Part shown: positions 13,345 through 26,366 of the stretch, one piece after another
Layout: the number at the start of each line of letters is the position of its first letter
How positions within the stretch are numbered: the stretch's first letter is position 1
Notes under the pieces: model-generated
What the model was told of the DNA's origin: nothing
The model's input: the letters and a program-made list of their open reading frames with translations, nothing else
Databases searched by the model: none
Program-made: the position numbers and the translations under genes
Assembly (NCBI RefSeq): GCF_004010195.1
Contig: NC_057711.1
Span: 69,133,850-69,197,849, forward strand
Direction of reading: 5' to 3'
From: Chiloscyllium plagiosum
Taxonomy: Eukaryota
DNA: 64,000 nucleotides

Positions 13345-14250
13345 AACAAGGAGCAAGAGTAGGCCATTCGGCCCTTCGAGCCTGCGCCACCATTCGATAC
13401 GACTGTGGCTGTTCTGATTTGAACCTAAACTCTACATACCTATGTGTTCCCAGTAACCTTTCAGCCCCTTGGTAATCAAGAATCTGTATCCCTCTTCCTT
13501 AAAATGATTTGAAGGTTCTGCTTTCATTGCCTGTTGAGGAAAGGAATTCCAAAGGCTCACAACTTTGAGGCAGGGAAAAAAAAATTCCTCATCTGTTCTG
13601 AAGAAGGGTCACTGGACCCAAAACGTTAACTTTCCTTTCTCTCCACAGGCGCTGCCAGACGTGTTGTGTTTTTCCAGCAGTTTCTGATTTTGTTTCCTCA
13701 TCTCTGTTTTGAGTTGGCATCCCCTTATTTTTAAATTATGACCCCCAGTTCTAGATTCTCCCATGAGAGGAAACATCCTTTCAGCATTCAGCTGGTCAAG
13801 TCCCTTCAGGGTCTAATATGTTTCAGTTGTCACCTCTAACTCTTCTAATGCTCAGTGATTGCAGGCCTAGCCTGCCAAGCCTTTCCTCGTAAGGCAATCA
13901 ACTCATTCCAGGTTTTAGTCTGGTAAATATTTCCGAACTGCTTTCAACACACTAGTATCTTTCCACAAGTACAGTGACCATTCCTGTACACAGTAATCCA
14001 AATGCAGTCTCACCAATGCCCTGTGAAATGAAGCATAACCTTGTTACTCTTGCATTCAGTTCCCCCTTCCAATAATATTCTATTAGTTTTCAACCACAAG
14101 AAGCAGAAACAGGAGGAGGCCATTCAATCTCTCAAGCCTACTCTACTATTCAATAGTATCATGCTGACCCAACATTCCTCACCTCCATTTTCCTGTATTC
14201 CCTGTTACCCTTGCCCTCCTGATTAAAAATCTATCTCAGCCTTAAATGCA
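13345..14250 (-). mobile_element. CR1 LINE 3' fragments, interrupted by a hammerhead-bearing insert
   Basis: Reverse-strand CR1 3' sequence (gtaggccattcggcccttcgagcctg...), split at 13595-13693. Confidence 0.75.
13595..13693 (+). mobile_element. 99-bp Penelope-derived insert with hammerhead motif
   Basis: 10-bp TSD TTCCTCATCT (13585-13594, 13694-13703); gtt-CTGAAGA-A-GGGTC-actg-GACCC-AAAAC-GTT-aac. Confidence 0.75.
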
Positions 14251-14578
14251 CACTAGGACTATGTCCCCAAAGCTCTCTGAAAAAAGAAATTCCTCCTCAT
14301 TCTCAGTCTTAAAATGCCTCCCCTCCATTACACCTTCATACTTACCTTCTGTAGTTCAAAACATGAACTCTATGTCTTTCTCTACAAATGCTATCTGTTG
14401 CATTTCTCCAATTTTTTTTGTGCAAATCTCAATCCTCCACAGCGTTTTGCTTATGTTTATGTTTGTTTGGGTTGTGTATTTCTGCACAGAAACAAAATCT
14501 ATGCTATATTCATATACAATGAAACTAGTGTATGGAATATTCATGTCACTGGGTTCAGTTTGATCTTTGTGGAATATA

Positions 14579-14643
14579 CAGTTGTTAAGCGATTGAAAGT
14601 AATTAATTCAGTTGTTAAGCAATTGAAAGTAATTAATTCAGTT
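14579..14643. repeat. 30-bp tandem duplication
   Basis: CAGTTGTTAAGCRATTGAAAGTAATTAATT x2 (one mismatch) plus a partial third copy. Confidence 0.95.
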
Positions 14644-14726
14644 AGCATGCAAAGAAATTTTCCTTTGTGTCCCAAATACTTGGAAACTGTTCCAGTTTTC
14701 AATCTTGCCTTATCAGTAGTTGTAAC

Positions 14727-16212
14727 GAGAACGAGGGTAGGTCCAATCAAGGACAGTAGTGGGAGACTGTGTATTGAGTCGGAAGAGATAGGAGAGGTCT
14801 TGAATGAGTACTTTTCTTCAGTATTTACGAACGAGAGGGACCATATTGTTGAAGAGGAGAGTGTGAAACGGACTGGAAAGCTAGAGGAGATACTTGTTAG
14901 GAAGGAAGATGTGTTGGACATTTTGAACAACTTGAGGATAGACAAGTCCCCCGGGACTGACGGGATATATCCTAGGATTATGTGGGAAGCAAGAGAGGAA
15001 ATTGCAGTACCGTTGGCAATGAGCTTTTCATCCTCACTGTCAACGGGGGTGGTACCAGGGGACTGGAGAGTGGCGAATGTTGTGCCCCTATTCAAAAAAG
15101 GGAATAGGGATAACCCCGGGAATTACAGGCCAGTTAATCTTACTTCGGTGGTNNNNNNNNNNNNNNNNNNNNNNNNNNNNNNNNNNNNNNNNNNNNNNNN
15201 NNNNNNNNNNNNNNNNNNNNNNNNNNNNNNNNNNNNNNNNNNNNNNNNNNNNNNNNNNNNNNNNNNNNNNNNNNNNNNNNNNNNNNNNNNNNNNNNNNNN
15301 NNNNNNNNNNNNNNNNNNNNNNNNNNNNNNNNNNNNNNNNNNNNNNNNNNNNNNNNNNNNNNNNNNNNNNNNNNNNNNNNNNNNNNNNNNNNNNNNNNNN
15401 NNNNNNNNNNNNNNNNNNNNNNNNNNNNNNNNNNNNNNNNNNNNNNNNNNNNNNNNNNNNNNNNNNNNNNNNNNNNNNNNNNNNNNNNNNNNNNNNNNNN
15501 NNNNNNNNNNNNNNNNNNNNNNNNNNNNNNNNNNNNNNNNNNNNNNNNNNNNNNNNNNNNNNNNNNNNNNNNNNNNNNNNNNNNNNNNNNNNNNNNNNNN
15601 NNNNNNNNNNNNNNNNNNNNNNNNNNNNNNNNNNNNNNNNNNNNNNNNNNNNNNNNNNNNNNNNNNNNNNNNNNNNNNNNNNNNNNNNNNNNNNNNNNNN
15701 NNNNNNNNNNNNNNNNNNNNNNNNNNNNNNNNNNNNNNNNNNNNNNNNNNNNNNNNNNNNNNNNNNNNNNNNNNNNNNNNNNNNNNNNNNNNNNNNNNNN
15801 NNNNNNNNNNNNNNNNNNNNNNNNNNNNNNNNNNNNNNNNNNNNNNNNNNNNNNNNNNNNNNNNNNNNNNNNNNNNNNTGACTTGGTAGAGGTTTATAAG
15901 ATGATCAGAGGAATAGATAGAGTAGACGGTCAGAAACTTTTTCCCCGGGTACAACAGAGTGTTACAAGGGGACATAAATTTAAGGTGAAGGGTGGAAGGT
16001 ATAGGGGAGATGTCAGGGGTGGGTTCTTTACCCAGAGAGTGGTGGGGGTTTGGAATGCGCTGCCTGTGGGAATGGTAGAGTCAGAATCTTTGGTGACCTT
16101 TAAGCGGCAATTGGATAGGTACATGGATGGGTGCTTAAGCTAGGACAAATGTTCGGCACAACATCGTGGGCTGAAGGGCCTATTCTGTGCTGTATTGTTC
16201 TACGTTCTATGT
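14727..16212 (+). mobile_element. Young 5'-truncated CR1 LINE (ORF2 RT region and 3' tail)
   Basis: Stop-free RVGPIKDSSGRL...DKSPGTDGIYPR...PGDWRVANVVPLFKKGNRDNPGNYRPVNLTSV before the gap; DLVEVYKMIRG...FFTQRVVGVWNALP after it; tgttcta-type tail. Confidence 0.93.
15153..15878. other. Assembly gap (726 N)
   Basis: Run of N. Confidence 1.
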
Positions 16213-17712
16213 AACCAACTGAATTCCTTAAATGTGTGGCTAAATTCTTGTGTTTATGTAAGGTTATGCTTTAATAAGTTCATATCTATATGGCTGCTGA
16301 AAAGTTATTACTTAAAGTATCAATGTTGACGAAAGATCAAAGTTTTGTATAGTGCTTTGGCTGCATTCAGTCTAATCCCAGAGCTATGAATGACTTTAGA
16401 TTGTGTTCCGATGCCTGGAAAAATGATTTGTCATAGTTTCACACAGAGTACGGTTGTCTTCTTTGTTTATTTAATGACTTATGTTGCGTAAAATAGTGCA
16501 AAGTTAACACAGGAAACTTAGTGTTAAGCAACTGAACTAAACTTCAACTTGGTTGATTCATCCCTTGAGGCAGACAGGAGCAGCAAAACACAAATTTTGT
16601 TTTGTTCATGGGATGTGAACACTCCTTGCAAAGCCAGAATGTATTGCCTAATTGTTCTAAGGAAAACAGCGGTGAGCCTTCTTGAACTGCTGTAGCCCAA
16701 GTAGTATGTGCACAGCCAGGGTGCTGTTAGGGAAGAAATTCTCGGAATTTTGACCCAGCTGCAACGGGAAAATGGTGATTCTAGTTCTTAGCCTGGACAG
16801 GTGTGAGTTGGAGAAATTTGTAGATGGTGGTGCACCCATCCATTTGTTGCACTGGCCTTCTCAGTAACAAAAGTTGTTGACTTGGAAGGTGCTGTCAATG
16901 AAACTTTGAAGAGTGGTTGAGTTGCATCTTGTCAGCATTAGTGGTAGAGGAAGGGAATGTTTCAGTTGATGAATGGAGTGCCTATCAGGCAGGCTACTTT
17001 AAAACCCATAGTATAGGAACAGGAATAGGTCATTCAACCCTTCAAGCCTGCTCTACCATTCAATAGCATCATGGCTGGCTTGCTTGTGGTCTCAAGTCCA
17101 GCTTCCTGCTTGCTCTTAACTGCCCTTGCTTTCAAAATACTCTTTAACCCAGCCTTCAGTAAACTTAGTGACCCACGACTTGGCTAGTGTCAGTTGTATT
17201 ATTGCTTTAAGATCTGGACATTCTAATGAGTCAAGGAGCAGACAAATGACCAAATACCATTTGCTGTCCAGCCAGTCACATGATAGAAGGAAGCTGTTCA
17301 CAGTAAATTGTTGTCAGACCTGAATGAAATAAATCTGTTTGATATTTTAAGTAAACTGAATCCATGCTACTTAATTTATGTTATTTGCCAATAGCACAAG
17401 GAATGGAATCAGCAGAGGAAATTGTTCTTCAAAAATCTTAAAAAAAAAACAGAGAAATGCCTCAAACAAGACTTAAAGCAGTGTGGAAGTTAACATTTAC
17501 ACTGGGGCACCTTAAGAAAAAAAATCACGATAGAAAAAGTAGATATGATTCCAGCTGATTGAAGTTGCAAAGGGCAGCATTTTTAAACATAGCAAAAGAA
17601 AGCCAGCAACTGCATTGCTGAATCTCCACATAGGCTAATCTTATGTTGAGAAGACTATTGTAAATCCACTAGACATGGATAACATTTGCAAAAGGCAGGG
17701 AGCATCCGAAAG

Positions 17713-19835
17713 ATGACTGCTAAATTCCCTAAAATGAATTGGAAAGCCACAGACATCCTACCTGAACTTAGGCTGTTTAAACAAGGCATGAAACTATGCT
17801 TTTTCGAGTTAGCTGTCGCAAATCCGCATAAACAAGCAGTCAAAATAAAGACAGCCGTTGGAAATGAGTAATTGCTCATAATCAACACTTTAGGCTTTTC
17901 TGAAGAGATCCAGCTAAATCCTGCTAAGCTGTGGGAAATGCTAGAATGCCGATTTCATGTAAAACTATAGAATTCACCATTTAGACCTGGTTTTGGAGGT
18001 GCCACCCAGAAGAACTAATTGATGAATTTTGTTAGGACGTGCCTTTACAAAGGCAAGAACTGTGATTTCTCAGAGACTGAGCTGTGTGAGCAGATAATGA
18101 TGCTGGTTATAGCTTCAACACTAATAATAATTTTTTCCAAGAAACCTCTGGGAGAGAAAGAAAGGCCACAACATTGATACACTTAAAAGATGGCAGACAA
18201 TATGAAGGCATAGTAATTGGACAACAATGTCTGCAGAAGTCAGGTGCACTAACCAGCAGCATTCCCACGCGTTTTATTTTTGTCTGCACAGACCTCTGAG
18301 CTCTACGCATGCCAACGACTATTGAAACCAGAAGTCAGTGCTGTGATCAGCATCAGCCCTGCTGATCGCAGGCACTCAGTATTGCTGCACAGCTTACAAG
18401 GAACACCAGTTACCAATCATGGTGCAGTTGCCAGGCAGAAAGCAAGCAAGCCATGTGGGAAGTGTAATCTGTTGCATTCAATGCAAAGCTGTCTTGCATT
18501 CCAAGGACCTCACGAGTGTCCAGTGCAAAAGGGACACTGGGATTGCTCATGTAAAGAGTTTGGTTCCCAAGCTACAACCAGAGCCTGCAATAAAATACAG
18601 TCAACATAAATAATGGGCAGCAGGAGGTGTGCCAGAACATGCATAAATGTAAACACATGGTATTTAGCTGAAAGACTGGCCAGGGTGAAGATTCCAAGTG
18701 GACAAACCTAAAATCACTGAAAGAACTGGCTTTCCACATTATGATGATGACACATTGCATGAATGTAGTCAAACAGAAGTATTAACATGCTATGTCGAAA
18801 TAAAACTCACAAAAGCATGCTTGAGTCCAAGGTCGACTTGGGAGCGACCAATCATAATTCTGTTGGAGATATATCTGAACTGTTGAAAGGCATAGAATCT
18901 ACAACAGCAAAATTAACTGCATTTAATGGGGGACACCTGTTGCTTGTACTGTATATTGACAACGAAAAGCAACTATGGCAGTTCTGCATGGAAACCTCGT
19001 GTATTCTGGATGATGTGCATAAGCAGACCAGAAGTAGTAGATTAACTAGCATGCATAGATCTTAACATTATGACCAAACATATTCACACCTGATGTCAGT
19101 AGTGTGTACAATATATTATCGGCAACAACTAACAAGTCTCTTTAACACCACCTTAAAAATCCTTGACCTCTAGATTCTTGATCTGCAAGAGGATGGTAAG
19201 TTATTGTGAGTAGCTCGGAATGTGGAGTAATCAGATCAGCCATGAGCTTATTGAAAAGGTTTGAGTAGCTCATTCTTGATCCAAAGTTGTATTTTCGCAT
19301 CAGGTCAGCAAGATAGCAATTGCATTAGAAGAGACAAAGAATACTTTTGCATTGAGTTAGCCCAGAACTTAACAGCAATTGTCCGTAGACAGATTCGACC
19401 CATAGGAAACTTCAAAGATGATGCTGTATTGCATCTCAGAAAGTATGCAATTCTGTCAACTGATGATCCCAGTAAGCTCAGTGTTCATACAGAGAACAGA
19501 TGAATGAGCTAAATAATGTGGCATATGATGGTACTATCCATTGGGTACATTAGCACACAGACTGGGCATTTCAGTTACATGCACCATGAAGTAAGATGTC
19601 AAATTCAGTATTTGTCTGTATTCAGCATGTCTAAATATTTTTCTGAAGAGAGACATGCACACAATTCTAATATTAGAGGAATTGAATTCTAAATTCACAG
19701 TAGATAAATTCTTCTCCAAGCTGGATGTGAAATACAGATATTGGTCAGTTCACTTGATAAAGGAATGTCAAGAAATCTCTACTTCACAACACCGTTTGGA
19801 ACATATTGCTTCCCGAGACTCCCGTTTTGTTTGAA
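17713..19835 (+). mobile_element. Degenerate Gypsy-type LTR retrotransposon internal region (gag-pro-RT)
   Basis: Gag-like FPKMNWKATDILPELRLFKQ...QAVKIKTAVGNE; Cys/His knuckle-like PCGKCNLLH...KGHWDCSC; protease-like KVDLGA; RT-like KFFSKLDVK.RYW and FTTPFGTYCFPRLPF, in canonical order with many stops. Confidence 0.75.
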
Positions 19836-22047
19836 GGAGAAATTGCAAGCGATAGAGTCAGCAGAGGATGTATCCAGTTGGAGATCCTGGTCATCAGATC
19901 AAGACTTCAAAAGCACACGCTTCAACCCGAAATCTAGATAAAGACTGTGTCAAACAACAAATGAATGAACTGCCGACCTACAGCTAACAAATGGCCAATG
20001 TCATTGTTTTCCATTCGTGCAATGTGGATGGGCCAGCATTTATTGCCCATTCTGGTTGCCTTTAAAGTGCTACTTCGCCATCATCTTGACTCTCTGCAGT
20101 CTATTTGATGTAAATCCACCCACAGTGCTTTTAGCGATAGAGTTTACAGCAACATACTGCTAGTCAAACTTCAATAATTTGAAGAGGAAACTAATATTCA
20201 TTAGTTTAGCATCATCACCTGCTCAGGATGTCCCAATGTGTTCTACGCTCAATTATTTAGTTTTGAAATATTATCACTATTATTCAAGCACTAACAGGAG
20301 AAACAAAAAGAAAAGCCGCCAGATGATTTTTTAAAAAATTATTGATGGCACTGTTTCAACAGCAAGGCTGAACTAATCATTGCAGAGGATGTTGTTAAAC
20401 ATTGCAACTTGATATGTGTACATTTACATGGGTAATTTCATTCAACCACCATATGGCTTCATATGTAGATTGCCCTCCGTTTGTCTCTACCGTACAAGAG
20501 TCCTTTTCAGCACTGGGGACAAAAATAAGATAAAATCTGACTACAGTTTAAGTTAATTAAATGTCTTGCCTTACAAGTCATTCAAATAGAAACATTTTTT
20601 AACTATATGTTCCTGCAGAAATCACATTCCAAACAAAGAGTACCATGTTCATTACAATCATAAGAGATTGTACAACTTCCTGTATTAAAAAGTAATGCAT
20701 TTCAATTCGGTAATCAGACGGCATCTTGAATAAGTTAGATGTGTGTGTCTCCATTACAGCCTGTTCCTTTAGCATCACAGTGTGAATATTCTGCAAACCC
20801 ACTCCTGACATCAAGGTGGGAAAAAAATTCCAGACAACTGGTACTTCCAGATTTCGGATTTTTGAATTGGAGGGATTATCGAGTGGTGCCACAGCATTTT
20901 CATGTTCCCTCGAAAGAGTAATTGAAGCTTGCGTCTGACATTATATCTGAAAGATGGTATCTCTGATATTGCAGCGCTCATTCAGTACTGCGCTGGAATG
21001 TTAGCTGAATCTCTGAAGCAGAACTTAAACCCCCACACTTCTGCTCAGGCAATATGTCTATCTATGAGCCAAGGCTGATGTTTTTATCCATAAGCCATTG
21101 TTCCAGGAACATCATTGTGCAGACATTTTATGTTTTTCCTCATGGTTCTCAGAAACTGATGATTCTATCAAGTGTAATGTGTAGGAACGTCAGGTTTAGG
21201 AGCAGATCTTTCAGCTCTTCAAGCCTGCTCCACCATTCAGTAAGGTCATGGTTAATCTGTTTCTGGTCTCAACTCCATTTTCCTATCTGACCTGTCAATG
21301 TAATTCAGTTGTGAATGCATTTAATGACCAAGCTTCCATATATAGTTACTGGGATTCTTTTTAAAAACACACTGTGACCAAAGTGTACAATTTTCTAAGA
21401 TAAACCAGGTAGTTGTCAAAAAGTGTGGCTGCTAGGATTATTTGTTTAATTGTAATAATATTGATAACAGTTATTATATTTTAGGAAAAATTACAATGTT
21501 GCATAATACTTTCAGTTCATTGCAAATTTCTGCCATCTCAAGTGAGGACTTCAACTATAGGTTCTGTACTTTTGGGGTATTATATAGTTCAAAGCCATGG
21601 AACAATCCAAAATTGAGAGTCCAAAGCTTTATTTTTATGCTACTATATGTTTTCAGAAAAAAAGTGACATAACACAAAATTTTAAAATGTCCCTCTTAGT
21701 GAAATTACAAACAAGACTATGCTAAGTTACTGCTTAAGGCATTGCGACTACTAGCAGCTTTCAGAAAGACCTCAAAAGGCACTATTCCTATATATGCAGT
21801 CATCCCTTGGAAACTGACCTATACTACAGACAAATAACTTATTCTAGCAAGGGCTTGTTTTTTGTGGTCTCTCCATTGTGCAGAGGGTGAAAGGGGAAAT
21901 GTTGGGCTGATTGTTATCAAGGGACTAAATATTTTATGCAACCAATTGCTTTGAAGGAGTCAATTAACTATTTGCATTGGAGTGATTCATAACTTTCAGT
22001 GATTGTTCATTGACTTATTAATCATTTTCTTTGTTTTGATTTAACAG

Positions 22048-22129
22048 CCCAAATCCACAGTAGCTGAGCGAGCAGTTGCACGAATTGCCTCGCATCCACT
22101 CATAAGCAGAAAAATTGAAGCTATTAAAG
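22048..22129 (+). CDS. SRFBP1: SRFBP1 internal coding exon (82 bp)
   Basis: Acceptor ttgttttgatttaacag and donor AAAG|gtaaga. Translates PKSTVAERAVARIASHPLISRKIEAIK, resembling vertebrate SRFBP1 (P.STA.ERA.AR.A.HPL...KI..LK). Ends in phase 1, matching the next exon. Confidence 0.92.
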
Positions 22130-22384
22130 GTAAGATGCAGGTTACTGTGAAACAGGTAGTAATGAAAAGGAATTCAGTATGTCGTCTTTGCTTGTCTGTG
22201 CTACAGCTGATTCATTTTTGTGATATTGTTATCTACAGTTCGGAATAAAAAGTTGAGTTATTATGATTCTATGTTTATAATGTCTACATACACAGATATT
22301 ATTTGTTTCATCATTTTTGTTAAATTTTCAGTCTTGACCATTGAATTTTTATATTGTACGTCGATAGCAACAGTTATAAAGAGC

Positions 22385-23150
22385 AAGAAATTCCTGGTGT
22401 ACCAGGTAGGAGTTTCGAGTGCTGTGTCAGGGAAAGATGAAGTGCAGTTTTATGTTCCTGATCTTGACCACACGATTCTGAAAAGATGGTGCACACTACT
22501 GCCACAGTGTGTTAGTGGTGGAAGGAGTGAGTGTTGAAGATGTTAGTTGGGGTTGCCAATCAAGTGAACTGCTATGTCCTGGTCACACTGCATGGGAGTT
22601 TGGAGTTTTACCCATTCAGGCAAGTAAAGAGTATCTCATCACCTTACACTTGGTCAGGGGTGTGATGGGATACTCTTTACATGGTAGGCCTTAAGGAGAC
22701 AGGACGTGAGTTACTCAGCTCAGAATTCCTCATCTCTATCCTGCTGTTGTATCACAGTGGCCGGGCCAGTTCAGGTTCTGGTCAAGGATAATCCCCAAGA
22801 TGTTGACAGTAGGTGTTCCAGTGATGCGAATGTCATTGAACAGTTAGGGGATATAGCTACATTCCATCTTGTTGGAAAGAGTCTGGCGCAAATATTACTT
22901 GCCACTTAGCAACTTGGATGTTGTTCGGTTCTTGCTGCAAATGCAAACCAACTGGTTGATTATCTGAAGAGTTACGCATGATTTTGAATGTTGTGTAGTC
23001 TTCAATGAATGTCCCTAGTTTTGACATATGATAAAAGGAAAGTCATTGATGAAGAAACCAAAGATGGTTTGGCCTGAGACATGACCCTGAGGAATTCTAG
23101 ACTGAGACGACTGACCTCCAATCACCGTAACTCTTTCCTTTATGCTAGGT
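22385..23150 (-). mobile_element. L2/CR1-group LINE RT fragment
   Basis: Reverse-strand degenerate RT C-terminus with similarity to 12575-13090. Confidence 0.6.
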
Positions 23151-23459
23151 GTTTCAGGAGTATTGATCTTCAATACTTTTGCTAGAATGGTGTCAGGACC
23201 ACAGCATTTTTATATCCAGTTAAAAGAATTGCTGCAGTGCATCTAACAAATAGTACACACCATTGCCAATGTGCATTAGTGGTGAATGAAATGACTGTTG
23301 AATAGGGTTGAGTTGTTTGGGTGTTGATGAGTAATACCTGTCTAGGCACGTAGACCGTATTCCCTCACACTCCTGACCCTTCATGTGGATGGTGGGCAAG
23401 ATTTGGAAAATCAGGAAATGAGTTACTTACTGCAGGTACTGAATCTATACTAGGTTAAA

Positions 23460-23660
23460 ACTGTCACAACTTAGTTGGGCTTGTCATGTAGCCAGAACGC
23501 CTGACACTCACTCACCATAGTGTATCTTCTGTAGGGAGCTTGAGACAGAAATGTGTTCTCGTAGTGGTCAAATGAAGCTGTGCAAGGGTGAACTGAAAGC
23601 TTCATTTCGGAGCTTTGATGTCAACTTCAATTCCTGGGAGAAACTTCTTCACAACCAAGT
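23460..23660 (+). mobile_element. RTE LINE C-terminal fragment
   Basis: QLSWACHVARTPD...RSGQMKLCKGELKASF...NSWEKL resembles the RTE motif LRWAGHV.RM.D...GGQ.KR.KD.LK.SL. Confidence 0.65.
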
Positions 23661-23704
23661 AATAAGCAGTGCAGTCTCCTTCAAAAGCAGCCCTCCCAGA
23701 AAAA

Positions 23705-24110
23705 GGAATTACCTGCATTTATATAGTGCCTTATATTACAAGCATTTTATAGCCAAAGTTGGAATGTAGGAAACATTGCAGCTCATCTGCACACACAAAG
23801 CATTCAGAGCAGCAATGCCATAATGATTAGATAACCTACTTTCTGTTATGTTGGTGGAACATTACCAACATCACCCCTTCTTCGCTTCAAAATAGCATAA
23901 TGGGATATTTTACATGCAACTGAAAGAGCATATAGGGCCTTAGTTTAGCATTCATCTGAAAGATATGTATCTGAAAGATGGCATATCTAACACTACAGCA
24001 CACCCTGGGTTATCAGCCTATATTTTTATCCTCAAGTGACGAAATAGGATTTGAATCCACAATGTTTCTATCTCCGAGGCAAGATTGTTACTCACAGAGT
24101 CAAGTGATAC
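23705..24110 (-). mobile_element. DeuSINE (SacSINE1/AmnSINE1-like) relic
   Basis: tgcatttatatagtgcc, gtaggaaacattgcagc, taatgattagataa, catctgaaagatggca and ggatttgaatccac resemble the reverse complement of the Deu domain plus tRNA head. Confidence 0.65.
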
Positions 24111-24399
24111 CACCTCTCTGAAGGTGGGAACATGTTGATGTGCCACTTTATCCTGCAAGCAAGCAACATTTATCAGAGTGTGCTGCAGTCTCTCTAGATA
24201 TTACGGCTGGTCTCATTGAGCAATTGAGATGTGAGTAATCTAGATAACAACAAAGCTCAGTATGTGAATGTAAAGTGGAACCATAAATGCTAGTTGATTA
24301 CCCTCATGAGAACTGGTAGGTGACATAAATGGTTATAGTGCATAAAGAAGAGTCAGAATTACTGATACAGTTGGGAAACGTGACAGCTTCAGGATGCTG

Positions 24400-25500
24400 T
24401 CACCAGTTTGTATGAGGTCAACTTGGGGCACTACATCCAGGCACTCAGCATTTAACTTCTGACATTGATTGCCATAGCTATCCTGTTCCACTGCCATTTA
24501 AATGGAGGGCAACCTTGCTTTTGTGCATACAGTCTGTAGTTTTGCTGTCCTGTCATTTATGGTCAAGTCACTAATCGTGCATAGTCATCTCTAGAAGTCT
24601 TCACAGTCACAGCTTGCTCAGGAGAATGTTACTTCAGTCAAAATTTCACAGCAAGTAAATATCATCCTGAACTCATCATGAATTTTCTTTCCAGAAATAG
24701 AAGGGATTAGCTGGGAAAGCCTTCTTCGTGGGCTTCTTTTTGCCTTACTAATTCCAGACACTGAACCTTTTGCCTTATAAGATGGTGGTTTGCACCAAGT
24801 GCTCAACTCTGTTGTGCATTGCCTGGTGTAGCCCTGGAACTCAATGCTGCGAGATAGTCTCTGCTGTAGGCTGAGAAGGTGTATTATTCACTTGTTTCTG
24901 TTTTCTCTGGGCCCTCATCTGAACCAGTTGAGATTTTTCATTCTGATCCCATCTTCCAATGCCTGTTGCCATCTTTTCTCAGTTGCAGGTGTCCCTCTAG
25001 CAAAGTGAGGATTTTTTTCCAGTCAGTTGCGACCCAGTGGCCAATTCACTGTCCAAAGTGTCTTTGGGTATACAGCAGTCATCCATCCAGTGAATGTCAT
25101 CAAGTGTAGATATTGTTTGCTTCGCATTAATACATGCTAATGAAGTTATCACATTGCATGTCCTCTGAATTGGTGACCCAGTCCTGCCAAGAAATGCTGA
25201 GGATATGTCTAAGACAGCAAAAGTAGAAACTGTCCATCCTTTTCACCTACCTAGCATATGTTGTTCAGGAGTCACTGTAGCGGGTGTGCTGTGGATGCAG
25301 GCTTGGTAGACTTGCAGTTTAATATTGTCATTCAGACTGTTGTTGTTTCACACATTCTTGTGCAGTTTGAGCATAACAGATTTGTGCATTAATTTCAACA
25401 TTGTGATAGTCTGCTGGTGATAGTGGAACCTATATATGTGAAGCAATCAATAACCACTGGCTTCATATTGCCAATGCTAATAGATGGCAGCAAGGCAACA
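24400..25500 (-). mobile_element. RTE LINE RT fragment
   Basis: Minus strand gives MDSFYFCCLRHILSISWQDWVTNSED, typical of the RTE clade. Confidence 0.65.
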
Positions 25501-26239
25501 GCTGGACCATGGCAAGGGGAATGATGGCCTGATGATATTATCACTGAAATAATATTCCAGAGACCCCGAGTAATGTTCTGGACTCCTGGATTTGAATCCT
25601 ACCATATGGTGGAGTTTGAATCCAATAATGATCTGGGATTAAGATGACCATGAAACTGTTGTTGACTATTGGCAAAACTCATCGGGCTCAGTATGCCCTT
25701 CAGGAAATGTTCAAGACCTAAGGAAACCGCTGTCATTACCTGATCTAGCCTACATGTGAGTCCAGACCCACAGCAATGTGGTTGACGTTTAACTACCCAC
25801 TGGACAATTAGTGTTGGCCATTAAATGGTGGCCCAGTCAGCGATGTTCACACATCCTGTAAATGAATCCTTAAAATAAAGGTGTTCATTAACTGCTTGGA
25901 TACATGTATGAAGGTAAACCACCGAGCACTAGGGGATAATAGTTTACATTGGAGATATATGTCTTTTTAATCAACCTGCTCAGAGATGTTATTACATACA
26001 TCTGGCGCAGGTGTGGCTTGAACCCAGGCCTTCTAACCTAAAGGTAGCGACACTACCAATGTGCCACAAGAGCACCAATGTAAACTCAGTGATAAACAAT
26101 AAACAGGCTCCACCAAGAATTTCAACCTTAGTGTACTTGTTAGTAATAGGCTTGCAAGTTTTAAAAAATGTGTTCATGAAATAAAGATGTCGCTATATCA
26201 AGACAACATTTTTTGCCCATCCCTAATTACTTGGGGTAG

Positions 26240-26366
26240 TCATGATTTGGAGATGCCGGTGTTGGACTGGGGTGTACAAAATTAAAAATCACACAATACC
26301 AGGTTATTGTCCAACAGGTTATTTGGAAGGACTAGTTTTCAGAGCGCTGCTCCTTCATCAGGTAGC
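26240..26366 (-). mobile_element. 127-bp Penelope-like (family C) insert with hammerhead motif
   Basis: 12-bp TSD TACTTGGGGTAG (26228-26239, 26367-26378); minus strand ac-CTGATGA-A-GGAGC-agc-GCTCT-GAAAA-CTA-gt. Confidence 0.75.

Noticed and set aside
14314..16143. 609-aa ORF as a novel gene
   Set aside because: It is a chance upstream frame fused to CR1 ORF2 and bridged by N. The 726-N gap also looks shorter than the RT segment expected between the flanks.
14721..16215. TGTAAC as TSD of the young CR1
   Set aside because: Only 6 bp and it overlaps the tail repeat, so it cannot be told from chance.
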